Positions 1-11,500 of a stretch of 64,000 nt of DNA are shown here, piece by piece. The position numbers and the translations under genes are program-made. The stretch's first letter is position 1. Every line of letters begins with the position of its first letter. Source of the stretch: a virus. The notes below the pieces were generated by a model. That model did no database searches. It had not been told where the DNA came from and saw only the letters and a program-made list of their open reading frames with translations. Where the stretch lies: positions 88,321 to 152,320 of IMG/VR virus record IMGVR_UViG_3300032092_000005; one strand, given 5' to 3'.

Positions 1-2
1 AA

Positions 3-3000
3 GGTTCTGCATTAACTATTGGTGCAGGAATTGTTTATATTGCAGGTCATTTTGTAAATCGTGATTCGCAAACAATCGTATTAGACAAATACACTAATAC
101 ACCATCTTACAAAGTTGGATTAGTTCCTAATGTCGAATTTGTAGATTCGATTGATGATTTTTCATTAGTCGATAATGCGCAAGGAAGTCCTAACTTTCAA
201 GCACCGGGCGCAGATAGACTTAAAATTACAACAACACTCAAAAAGTATGATTTGAATGATGATGTAGTTTTGGATAGTTTTGTGTCTTATGTTGAAATTG
301 ACGAGGGCACAATAAGAAAGCGTAAAACTATTGAAATTGGTGGTCAAATTGAAGATGCTATTGCACAGCGTACATATGAAGAATCTGGTGACTACACATT
401 AAACGATCCAATTATTGCTGCGCGTGAGCATTTAATTAATGGTGATAATCGTGGACGATATACTCTAGGACAAGGAGGCGATAATGAACTTCTAATTATT
501 AACGTTGATCCAATAACAGCATATGTTTCGGGATATAGATATGAAACTGTTGGTAAAGCGGAAGTTAATATTCGCAAAGGAACAGATACTCAATATAATG
601 AACAAGTAAAAACACAATTAGCTTTTGGCGGTGGCATAAATGTTAAAGAAGTTGTCGGCGCCTGGGATATCAATCAAGGCACTAAAGTAGATATATACAA
701 CACTTTTCAGACTGCAATTTCAAATACAACCTTTGCTTCTACTACAGTAGCTGGTACTAAAATTGGTACTGCTAGAATTAAGTCTTTAGAATTCGTAAGT
801 GGTACTCCAGGAATATCTACTGCTGTATATAATTTCTATCTATATGATATAGCTATGTTAGCTTCAGCCGATTTTTCTACTGCGCGTTCATTTTATCTTC
901 CTGGCTCTCCAGCAAAATTTGCAGACATTGTTCTGGACGATTTAGGGCGAGCGGTACTGTCGGACGCAACATTTGATAAACTGATTTTTAAATTGCCATA
1001 CAGCGCAACAAAAACTCTACGTGATACTAACAACAACATTGAATCTGGATTTTATTTTAAATCTGAAAAATCATTTACTTTTACTTCTGGTAGTGCTACC
1101 TTAAATTCTACGGATGCTAGTGAAACTTTTGAGGGTACTGGTGCATTGACTGTCTCACAGAAAAATAATAATTACTATCTTGTGCCAACAACTACATCAA
1201 ACACTGCTGCTTTGACTGGTACTGTAGCAATTGCTGCAAGTAGTAATGTAGTAGTAGGTACAGGAACAACATTCTCATCGCAGTTTAATGTTGGAGATGT
1301 TATTCGTGTAAATAGTCTAGATAGAATTGTGGGTGCTATTAGTAATGCGACACACATGACGTTGACTACAACTCATACTGGTGCGACTGCAAATACATAT
1401 TCTAAATCTTTTCCTGCGGGCAAACCAATTAGTTTATCTGGATTTGGAACATACGGTTCAGGAGTAAGAAGCGCGACAGTCGGCACAGGAGGTGCATCCA
1501 TTACGATTGATATTGCAGAGAATATTGCACCTGATGCTAAACTAATTGCTTCAATGGCTAGAAGTAATGCTAGAGAAAAGTCTAAGCTATTAAGCTACGG
1601 TAATGAAGTTTATATTCAAGCGAACACTCATCCTATCGGAATAACTGGACCATGGAGTTTAGGAAAAGGTGACGTAATTACAGTACGTGCAATTTATCAG
1701 GCAAATAATTTTGCTTCTGTTCCTACGACAGCAAACACTAACGTAACTGCATATTATACTCTTAACAATGGTCAGACTGATAATACATACGAACATGCAA
1801 CACTCTCACCAATTAATGGAACTATTCCTACTGGTAGATTGCTAGTAGTATTTGATTCATATAATCATAACACTACTCAAGGTACTGGATACTTCTCAAT
1901 CGATTCATATCCAATTAATGACTCGATAGATTCAAATACTACGATTACGACTTCAGAAGTTCCTGTATACATTAGTAAAAAAACTGGAGATACATATAAT
2001 CTACGCGACTGTTTAGATTTTAGACCAATTAAGACTGCAAACACTACTGCAATAAATCCTATTGATCCAGAAACGTATCAAATACCTACAACTGGTTCTG
2101 TCGGTCTTCACATTCCTACACCAGATTCTGATTTTGATGCAGACTTGATTTATTATAAGGGTAGAAAATCTAGATTATATCTAGATCAAGATGGAGAATT
2201 CAAAATCAACGATGGTCCTGCTTTAGATCAAGATTCTACATCACCAGCAGCTATTCCAGGTACACTACAGTTAGCAGAATTGACTATTCCTCCATACCCA
2301 TCTTTAATATCTGGAGTCGGCATAACTCCATTTAAAAATAGAAGATATACTATGCGGGACGTTGGCTCTATTGAACAAAGAGTATTCGATTTAGAAGCTT
2401 ATAATTTAATGAATTCTGCTGAAAAGCAAGTTGTAAATACTGTCATTGTCGATTCTGTTACTGGTGTAGACAAATTAAAAAATGGACTTTTAGTAGACGT
2501 ATTTACTGGACACAATACTGCTGACGTAAACTCTCCATTATACAAAGCGTCAATTGATAGACATAATAATTGTGTGACAGCATATTCAAATAATGAAATG
2601 CAGATCGCATTAGCATATAATACGGCTGGTTCTTCTGGTGTAACTAAAACATCTGGTAAGAAATTGATGTTAGCGTACACTCAGATTGTGTCTACAGCAA
2701 ATCAGTATTTTGTTACATCAAATACTATAATATCTGATATTCCAAGTAATTTTGTTGGAGATTTATCTCTATTTCCATCTACAGATAACTGGCTCAATAC
2801 TACAAGAGTTCCTGGAAAAGATTTAGCAAATGATCCTACAGGACAATTAGATAACTGGAAAATTAGAGCAGATGCATGGAACACAGAAATTAATCCAGCA
2901 GTAAGATATTTTATCGGTGATAATCCTACAGTTCGTAGTTTAGAATCTACAGGAGTAGTTTCTTCAAGCGTTTCTTCTTCTACTGTAAGCGCATTGAATA

Positions 3001-5303
3001 GTGCTATTCTTACACAACAACAAACTAACCCTGCTACAGGCAGAGTTTTAGATACTTCTGTTCAACACACTATGCGTAGCCGTGATATTATTGTATCTGC
3101 AAATGGATTAAAAAATTCTACTAGACTGTACTTCTATTTTGATGGTATGGATGTTACTGCTAATACTACTCCGATATCAATAAGTGGAACAATTTCTGAC
3201 ATTTATGAAACATTTGATGCTAATGGATTTCTTCCACAAACATCTGCATTATTCACTAGACAAATTGCAGGAGAAACTGGAATTACTTCAGCTAATGGTA
3301 AATTTACTGGCATTTTTAGAGTTCCGGCAGATAAATTTAATGTTGGTGCAAGAGAATTTAAAATTTCAGATAAATCTACTTACGGCGACACTTCAGAATC
3401 TTCTTATGCTAGATGTGTATTCTATGCACAAGGATCGTCTATAACAAGTACTAGCAGCATTTTAGACACAAGACCTACTAATAGATTATCAAATAAATCT
3501 TTAGTTTCTTCGTTAGAAAAAGACGTTGAAAGTGGCACAGCTACAAGAATTATTGATCCTCTGATTCAAACATTCACTGTAGACCCAAGCACATACACTA
3601 AAGGTATGATGGTAACTTCAGTTGATTTATTTTTTGCAGCAAAACCAACTACATCCTCTACTGATGGCGTGACTTTAGATATTAGAGAATATGATTACGT
3701 TAGCAAAGCACCATCTCGAAATATTATTGGAAATCAAATTGCTAGATTAGAGAATAGTTCAATTAATGTTAATACGAATCCTACGTCAAGCACTCCTAGT
3801 ACGTTTACATTCTCTAATCCTATATATTTACAACCTGGTAAAACATATTGCATTGCTATTAAGCCTGATGGCAATAATCCTGCATATAAATTGTGGATTG
3901 CAGAAGCTAATCAAAGAGACTTATCATCTTCGACAATTACGAATAGATATGTTACATTAACTTCACAGACTGAATTGTGGACACCATCGTCAGGTGGAAA
4001 ATGGACAAAATCAACTACTAAAGACTTAAAGTTTGCAGTAAAAATTGCTCGATTCTTTGATCCTAAATTAGTAACATCTAAAAGAGGTGTTGCAGTATTA
4101 AACAATATGCCAATTTCTAATACAATTAGTGGCATTACTTATACTGGAATATATCCAAATGTTGAAGATTTATCTTTGTCTGCTACTGAAATTGCATATG
4201 AAATAGCACAAGCTAATGCTTCATCTTCATCTGTTTCTACTTTCACTCAGATTAAAAATTTAGAACTTATTAAAAATAGCGTCCTATATCAGATATCTAA
4301 CACTGCAACAGAATTTACTGGTGGATTTAAATCATTAAAAATTCGCGCATCACTTAGAACCGATGATGCATATGTTTCTCCATATATTGATTTGCAAAGA
4401 ATTAATTGTGCGTTGACTAAAAATGAAATTAATGATTCACTATATGCTACTGTAACAGGTACTGCTGAATTGAGTTCATCTAGTAATGTTGTTATTGGAT
4501 ATGGAACAACATTTAGCACAGAGCTTGCTGGTGTGAAATATATTAAAACATCGACAAATGAATACCGTCAAATTATCAGTATCAGTAACAATTCATACTT
4601 AACTGTTGCAAACAATTTTAATACGACTTCTAATGGAGTATCAATATATTACAATACTGAAGATAATCCAGTAGGACCACACACAGCATTAAGTAGATAT
4701 ATCACAAGAGTTGTTACATTGAATGATGGATTTGATTCTTCAGACTTAATTGTGTACTTAGACGTTAATCGCCAGAAGACTACTGATATTAAGGTATACT
4801 ATAAGATATTGAATAGCGCAGATCAGGATGCGTTTAATGATAAATTCTGGACAGAAATGAGTTTAGAAGGTCTTAAAACATTTGCAACATCTCCTAATGA
4901 CTACTCGCTGCAAAAATATGTAGTACCACAGTTTGGTAAAAAGATAGTACTATTAACTGGAACTGCAAATACTAATACTACTACTGCTGCAATAGTTGGA
5001 ACAGGCACATTGTTCACTGAGCAACTGAAAGCTAATGACACTATTGCACTTGGATTAAGTAAGACTCAAGGTATTGTTTCAAGTATTTCAAATAATACCT
5101 ATATGACATTGCAATCTGTTCCTGCTGCTAACACTACAGGACAAGACATATATAGATCAATGGAAAATACTATTACATATACTACACCTAATGGTATAAC
5201 ATACAGTGGATTTAAATCTTTTGCAGTAAAAATAGTATTTTTGTCTAGCAATATTTGCAATATTCCTAAAGTTAAAACTGTTAGGGCAGTCGCTTTAGTA
5301 TAA
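3..5303 (+). CDS. Large baseplate/virion structural protein, DUF4815 (VrlC-like); 5'-truncated by the window edge
   Basis: Frame 3 is open from base 3 (GSALTIGAG...DNAQGSPNFQAPGADRLKI), so the gene starts before the window. Motifs APGADRLKI, RTYEESGDY, DCLDFRP, RRYTMRD and a C-terminal FAVKIV are typical of this T4-like myovirus family. Confidence 0.8.
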   Translation, partial: GSALTIGAGIVYIAGHFVNRDSQTIVLDKYTNTPSYKVGLVPNVEFVDSIDDFSLVDNAQGSPNFQAPGADRLKITTTLKKYDLNDDVVLDSFVSYVEIDEGTIRKRKTIEIGGQIEDAIAQRTYEESGDYTLNDPIIAAREHLINGDNRGRYTLGQGGDNELLIINVDPITAYVSGYRYETVGKAEVNIRKGTDTQYNEQVKTQLAFGGGINVKEVVGAWDINQGTKVDIYNTFQTAISNTTFASTTVAGTKIGTARIKSLEFVSGTPGISTAVYNFYLYDIAMLASADFSTARSFYLPGSPAKFADIVLDDLGRAVLSDATFDKLIFKLPYSATKTLRDTNNNIESGFYFKSEKSFTFTSGSATLNSTDASETFEGTGALTVSQKNNNYYLVPTTTSNTAALTGTVAIAASSNVVVGTGTTFSSQFNVGDVIRVNSLDRIVGAISNATHMTLTTTHTGATANTYSKSFPAGKPISLSGFGTYGSGVRSATVGTGGASITIDIAENIAPDAKLIASMARSNAREKSKLLSYGNEVYIQANTHPIGITGPWSLGKGDVITVRAIYQANNFASVPTTANTNVTAYYTLNNGQTDNTYEHATLSPINGTIPTGRLLVVFDSYNHNTTQGTGYFSIDSYPINDSIDSNTTITTSEVPVYISKKTGDTYNLRDCLDFRPIKTANTTAINPIDPETYQIPTTGSVGLHIPTPDSDFDADLIYYKGRKSRLYLDQDGEFKINDGPALDQDSTSPAAIPGTLQLAELTIPPYPSLISGVGITPFKNRRYTMRDVGSIEQRVFDLEAYNLMNSAEKQVVNTVIVDSVTGVDKLKNGLLVDVFTGHNTADVNSPLYKASIDRHNNCVTAYSNNEMQIALAYNTAGSSGVTKTSGKKLMLAYTQIVSTANQYFVTSNTIISDIPSNFVGDLSLFPSTDNWLNTTRVPGKDLANDPTGQLDNWKIRADAWNTEINPAVRYFIGDNPTVRSLESTGVVSSSVSSSTVSALNSAILTQQQTNPATGRVLDTSVQHTMRSRDIIVSANGLKNSTRLYFYFDGMDVTANTTPISISGTISDIYETFDANGFLPQTSALFTRQIAGETGITSANGKFTGIFRVPADKFNVGAREFKISDKSTYGDTSESSYARCVFYAQGSSITSTSSILDTRPTNRLSNKSLVSSLEKDVESGTATRIIDPLIQTFTVDPSTYTKGMMVTSVDLFFAAKPTTSSTDGVTLDIREYDYVSKAPSRNIIGNQIARLENSSINVNTNPTSSTPSTFTFSNPIYLQPGKTYCIAIKPDGNNPAYKLWIAEANQRDLSSSTITNRYVTLTSQTELWTPSSGGKWTKSTTKDLKFAVKIARFFDPKLVTSKRGVAVLNNMPISNTISGITYTGIYPNVEDLSLSATEIAYEIAQANASSSSVSTFTQIKNLELIKNSVLYQISNTATEFTGGFKSLKIRASLRTDDAYVSPYIDLQRINCALTKNEINDSLYATVTGTAELSSSSNVVIGYGTTFSTELAGVKYIKTSTNEYRQIISISNNSYLTVANNFNTTSNGVSIYYNTEDNPVGPHTALSRYITRVVTLNDGFDSSDLIVYLDVNRQKTTDIKVYYKILNSADQDAFNDKFWTEMSLEGLKTFATSPNDYSLQKYVVPQFGKKIVLLTGTANTNTTTAAIVGTGTLFTEQLKANDTIALGLSKTQGIVSSISNNTYMTLQSVPAANTTGQDIYRSMENTITYTTPNGITYSGFKSFAVKIVFLSSNICNIPKVKTVRAVALV

Positions 5304-5318
5304 AAGCATCATAAATAT

Positions 5319-5561
5319 ATGAACACAATTCAACTCACAGAAAAAGTAGCAGGCTTTAGTGAACGTGATTTACATTCTAAAGCACTACTAAATACTGATA
5401 CAGATGCACTTATGAGATATAAGCTACAGAGACAAAGAGCACTTCGTGATACACAGAGTAGTGAGGACATAGTTTCTATGAAACAAGAACTATCGTGTCT
5501 AAAAAATGATTTAAATTGTATAAAAGAAATGCTTTTAAAAATAACAAAAGAAGGTAAGTAA
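5319..5561 (+). CDS. Small hypothetical coiled-coil virion protein
   Basis: 80-aa ORF preceded by the late-promoter variant CATAAATA (5310-5317); abuts the fibre gene. Confidence 0.65.
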   Translation: MNTIQLTEKVAGFSERDLHSKALLNTDTDALMRYKLQRQRALRDTQSSEDIVSMKQELSCLKNDLNCIKEMLLKITKEGK

Positions 5562-8500
5562 ATGCCAATCCTAACCGTTGATCAATCAAACACCTTTAAC
5601 CAGTTTAGAGTAACTACTAACCAGGTTATTGCTAATGTCAATTCACAGTATGATGGAACTGCGAATCTCATTTTAAATAGCGCAAATAGCACGACTATAA
5701 ATGTCGCTTCATTGACGGTTTATGGTGACGCAGCCATTCAAGGCGGCGACATTACTACAAACAATTTAACATTTACTGTAGCGAATGCAACCGCAACAAC
5801 ACTACAACTAGGTGGTGCTGCTAACGTATTGATCGGTTCTACTACAGGCAATACTAATATCCGTTCTGCAAATACAGTACTCTCTGGTGATCTAGTTGTT
5901 CAAGGTGGAGATATTAACACCAATCAAACAACATTTAATGTAGCAAACACTACAGCGACAACTTTAGAACTTGGTGGTGCTGCTAACGTCAACATCGGCT
6001 CTACAGCAGGCAATACTAATATCCGTTCTGCAAATACTGTATTAGTCGGAGATTTGATTGTTCAAGGTGGCGACATTAACACCAATCAAGCATCATTCAC
6101 TGTAGCAAATACTACAGCGACAACCGTGAACGTCGGCGGTGCTGCAACTTCTGTATTGATTGGTGCAACAACAGGTAACACCATAATTCGTTCAGCAAAT
6201 ACAGTATTAGTTGGTGACTTGATTGTTCAAGGTGGCGACATTAACACTGATCAAGCTTCATTTACTGTAGCAAATACTACAGCAACAACACTGAGCGTTG
6301 GTGGCGCAGCAACTTCATTACTATTAGGCGCGACAACTGGTACTGCAACAATTAGAAATGCGACTACAGTTATCACTGGAGACTTGACAGTATCTGGTGG
6401 AGATATTGTAGGTACAGCATCATTAAATCTTGCTAATGTAACAACAACAAATTTAGAATTAGGTGGTGCTGCTAATGTAAACATCGGTTCAGCCACTGGC
6501 AATACAACAATTCGCAGTGCAAATACAGTATTGTCTGGTGATCTATTTGTTAACGGTGGTGATGTTAATACTAATCAAACAACATTCACATTAGCAAATA
6601 CAACATCAACAACATTGGAATTGGGTGGTGCCGCTAATGTAAACATCGGTTCAGCCACTGGCAATACAACAATTCGCAGTGCAAATACAGTATTGTCTGG
6701 TGATCTATTTGTTAACGGTGGTGATGTTAATACCAATCAAACATCATTTAACGTAGCAAATGCAACAGCAACGACACTCAGCGTTGGTGGTGCTGCTACA
6801 GATTTAATGTTAGGTGCTACTACAGGCACAGCAACAATTCGCAATGCAACTACAGTAATTACTGGAGACTTGACGGTATCTGGTGGAGACATTGTAGGTA
6901 CTGCATCATTAAATCTTGCTAACGTAACAACAACGACACTACAAATTGGCGGTGCAGCTAATGTAACTATTGGTTCCGCTACAGGCAATACTAATGTCCG
7001 TTCTGCGAACACAGTATTAACGGGCGACTTGTTTGTTCAAGGTGGTGATATTGTTACAACGACTGCAACAGCAAACTTAGCAAACTCTACGACTACGACA
7101 TTGAACATCGGTGGTGCAGCAACTTCAATTACGATAGGTGCTGCAAATAGTGGAACATTCACTATTAATAACAATAAAGCCGTTATTAACAGCACAGGAG
7201 CATTACGTGTTCCTGTTGGTAATACTGCACAACGTTTAACAGCATCACAAGGTGAAGTTAGATACAACACAGACGTAACTGCATATGAAGGTTATGACGG
7301 CTCAAACTGGTCAAGTCTTGGTGGTGTAAAATCTGTAGACGGCTTGACATTTATTATTGCAGAAACATCTCCAGGCGCTTCTGACGATACTCTCCACTTC
7401 TATACTGCAAACGGCGCAACAAGCTATGAAGTAGCGCAGATGAATGCAACTAAGCTTGCAATTCTTCAGAGTACCGAAGCTTCAAACACAACAACTGGCG
7501 CATTAACTGTAGCTGGTGGTGTGGGTATTGCAGGTAATCTGTATGTAGGTGGAACTCAAACATTTACTGGTAGCACGACCCTTACTGGAGACTTAGCAGT
7601 TAATGGCGGTGATATTACAACAACTTCAAGCGCATTTACTCTTGCTAATACTAATGCATTAACTCTAGAGCTTGGCGGCGCAGCTAATGTAAACATTGGC
7701 TCTTCAGCAGCTAATACTACAACAACAATTCGTTCTGCAAATACAGTTATAAGTGGTAATACGACTATAACTGGCAACTTGACAGTAAACGGCAACACTA
7801 CAACCATCAACTCAACAACATTGAGTATTGATGATAAGAATATTATTCTTGCAGACGGCGCTACAGACAACGCATCAGCAAACGGAGCTGGTATCACTAT
7901 TGCGGGATCAAATGCTAACGTAGTTTATCTATCTGCTTCTGATTCGTTTGATATCAATAAGAGTATTATTACTTCAGGCGACTTAGCAGTTAATGGCGGT
8001 AATATTACAACATCATCATCAACATTTAACGTAGCTAATGCAACAGCGACAACACTTAGCGTTGGCGGTGCAGCAACTTCAGTTCTGATTGGTGCAACAA
8101 CTGGAACCGCCACAATTCGTAATGCATCTACAGTTCTTGTTGGAGACTTAGCAGTTAACGGCGGTGATATTACAACATCATCATCAACATTTAACGTAGC
8201 TAATGCAACAGCGACAACATTACAAATTGGTGGTGCAGCTAATGTAACAATTGGTTCTGCTGCTGGCAATACAAATATTCGTTCTGGAAACACTGTATTG
8301 TCTGGTGATTTAGTTGTTCAAGGTGGTGACATTAACACCGATCAAGCATCATTTAATGTAGCAAACACTACAGCAACATCGTTAAGTCTTGGTGGTGCTG
8401 CTACGACATTGATAATTGGCGCAACAACTGGAACTGCTACAATTAGAAATGCATCTACAGTAATTACAGGAGACTTAACTGTTTCTGGTGGTGACATTGT

Positions 8501-11500
8501 AGGAACAGCATCATTAAATCTTGCTAATGTAACAACAACAAATTTAGAACTTGGTGGTGCAGCTAACGTAAACATTGGCTCTACTGCTGGTAACACTGTA
8601 ATCCGTTCTGCAAATACAGTATTGACTGGTGATCTATTTGTTAACGGTGGAGATATTCTATCGACACAATCAACTCTTAATATTGCAAATACTACTTCTA
8701 CGACACTTAGCGTTGGTGGTGCTGCTACATCATTACTATTAGGTGCAACAACAGGCACAGCTACAATTCGAAATGCGACTACAGTTATCGATGGCGATTT
8801 AACAGTCTCTGGTGGAGATATTGTAGGTACTGCAACACTGAACCTTGCTAATACAACTACTACAACATTAAACTTAGGCGGTGCTGCAACTTCAGTCTTG
8901 ATTGGCGCAACAACTGGTAACACTACAATCCGTTCTGCAAACACTATATTATCTGGCAATACAATTGTTGGAGGTTCAATTAGCAGTACAAATACTACAG
9001 CACTTAGCATAAGATCACTTGCTGGCACTACAGCAGCGCCAATTAACATTACTGCTGGTACTTCATCAGGAAGTGGTAATCCTGGTGGAACAGTCAATAT
9101 TGTCGCAGGTGGTAGCACAAGTGGTGCGTCAGGGCAAGTTAATATTACTAGCGGCGCTGGTTCTGGATCCAGCAGCGGTGGCGCCATAAGTATAACTGTC
9201 GGTTCTGCTTTAGGCACAGGTGGTGGTGCTGCCGTGAATATCGTCGCAGGATATTCACAACTTGCCGGCGCCGGTGAAGTTTATATTACTGGCGGTGGTA
9301 GCGGTGGTACCAATGGCGGTGACGTTAATATTACTGGCGGGCAAGGCGCCAGCACACAAGGCCGTGTGGTAATTAGAGGCGGCGATGGTGATACAAATCT
9401 AGGCGGTGATGTTTATATTGCCGGCGGATACGGCGATCCTGGCGGGAAAATATACCTACAAAGGGGCAATGACACTAAGGTAACTATTGGAAGCGCAAGT
9501 GATGAAGCAACTAGTAACACAACTGGTGCGTTAGTAGTCACTGGCGGAGTTGGCATTAGCGGCAACACACATATTGGTGGCAACTTAGTAGTTAACAGCA
9601 ATAATATCACCACAACAAATGCTATATTTAACGTAGCAAATACGACAGCAACAACACTACAAATTGGTGGTGCAGCTAATGTAAACATTGGTTCTGCTAC
9701 AGGTAACACAAATATTCGTTCTGCGAACACTGTATTAACTGGCGAATTGTTTGTTAATGGCGGTGACATTGTATCAACTTCTGCAACGTTTACTTTTGCA
9801 AACAATACCACAACAACTTTAGAACTTGGTGGTGCAGCTAACGTAAATATTGGTTCTGCAACTGGTAATACTACAATTAGAAGTGCTAATGTTATTGTAA
9901 CTGGTAATACAATTATTGGCACAGATTTAGCAGTTAATGGTGGAGACATTACAACTTCAGCAGCTACATTTACTGTAGCTAATGCAACTGCAACAACATT
10001 AAGTCTTGGCGGTGCTGCAACATCATTACTATTAGGTGCAACAACAGGAACAGCTACAATTAGGAATGCAACTGTCACTCTAAATGGTGACTTGAACGTT
10101 AATGGTGGAGACATTGGCACATCATCGGCTACAGCAACTGTATTCAATACAACTGCAACAACATTAAACGTTGGCGGTGCTGCCACGACAGTATCAATTG
10201 GCGCGGCAACAGGCAATACTACAATTAACTCTGGAAATACAGTAGTTTCAGGTGATCTATTTGTTAATGGTGGTGATATCAACACTAACCAATCTACATT
10301 CAATATTGCAAACACAGGTGTAACTGCACTAAGAATTGGTGGATCGGCAACAGATATTATTATTGGTGGCACTTCAGGCAATACAGTTATACGAAATACC
10401 TTACAGTTTACTGGCGCTAGTGTAACCAGTCTTGAGGGTGTGTTTACTGCAAACGTAGCAGTTAATGGTGGTGGTGTTACTACTACAAATACCATTTTTA
10501 CTCTTGCAAATACTACGGCAACAACACTTAGCGTCGGTGGTGCAGCGACTTCAGTTTTAATTGGCGCATCAACTGGCACAGCAACAATTAGAAATGCTAC
10601 AGTCACTTTAGATGGAGACTTGAACGTTAACGGCGGTGATATTAACACCAATCAAACAACATTTAATGTAGCAAATACAACTGCGACTTCAGTTCGCTTA
10701 GGTGGTGCAGCTACAGATTTAATGTTAGGCGCAACAACTGGCACAGCAACAATTCGTAATGCGACTACAGTAATCACTGGAGATTTGACAGTTTCTGGTG
10801 GAGATATTGTAGGTACTGCGTCATTGAACTTAGCTAACGTAACAACAACGGCACTTGAACTTGGCGGTGCAGCTACAACATTGAATATGGGTGCTGCAAC
10901 AGGTACAGCAACAATTCGCAATACAACAGTTAACTTGCTAGGAAGTGCATTGACTGCTCCAGCAACATTCGCTTTAGCAAACACTACTTCAACAACACTA
11001 CAAATTGGTGGTGCTGCAACTACATTAAACTTAGGTGCAGCTACGGGTACAGCAACAATTAGAAATGCATCTACTATTCTTGTTGGAGACTTGGCAGTTA
11101 ACGGTGGTGACATTACCACAACTTCAACAACATTCACATTAGCAAATACAACTGCAACGACTTTGAATGTTGGCGGCGCAGCAACTTCAGTATTGATCGG
11201 TGCTACTACAGGCAACACTACAATTCGTTCTGCGAATACTATTACAAGCGGTAATGTTATTGCCGGCGGAACAATCACGGAGACTGCTAATGGTCAACAG
11301 TGGGCAGTAGCATCTCAGTACGATATCGGTATTAATCCGAATCAGATTCCTTTGAATCAGTACTTGGGTTCAATGGCATTCCAAAGTGCTGACGGCATTT
11401 CTGTAGGTATTGCAACAGTAACTGACGATCTAGCAGTTAACGGCAGCAACATCACTACAACAAATACGACATTCACTGTAGCAAATACAACTGCAACAAC

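Noticed and set aside
252-254. ORF-track start of the first gene at 252
   Set aside because: The frame is open from base 3 with conserved motifs, so the true start lies before the window.
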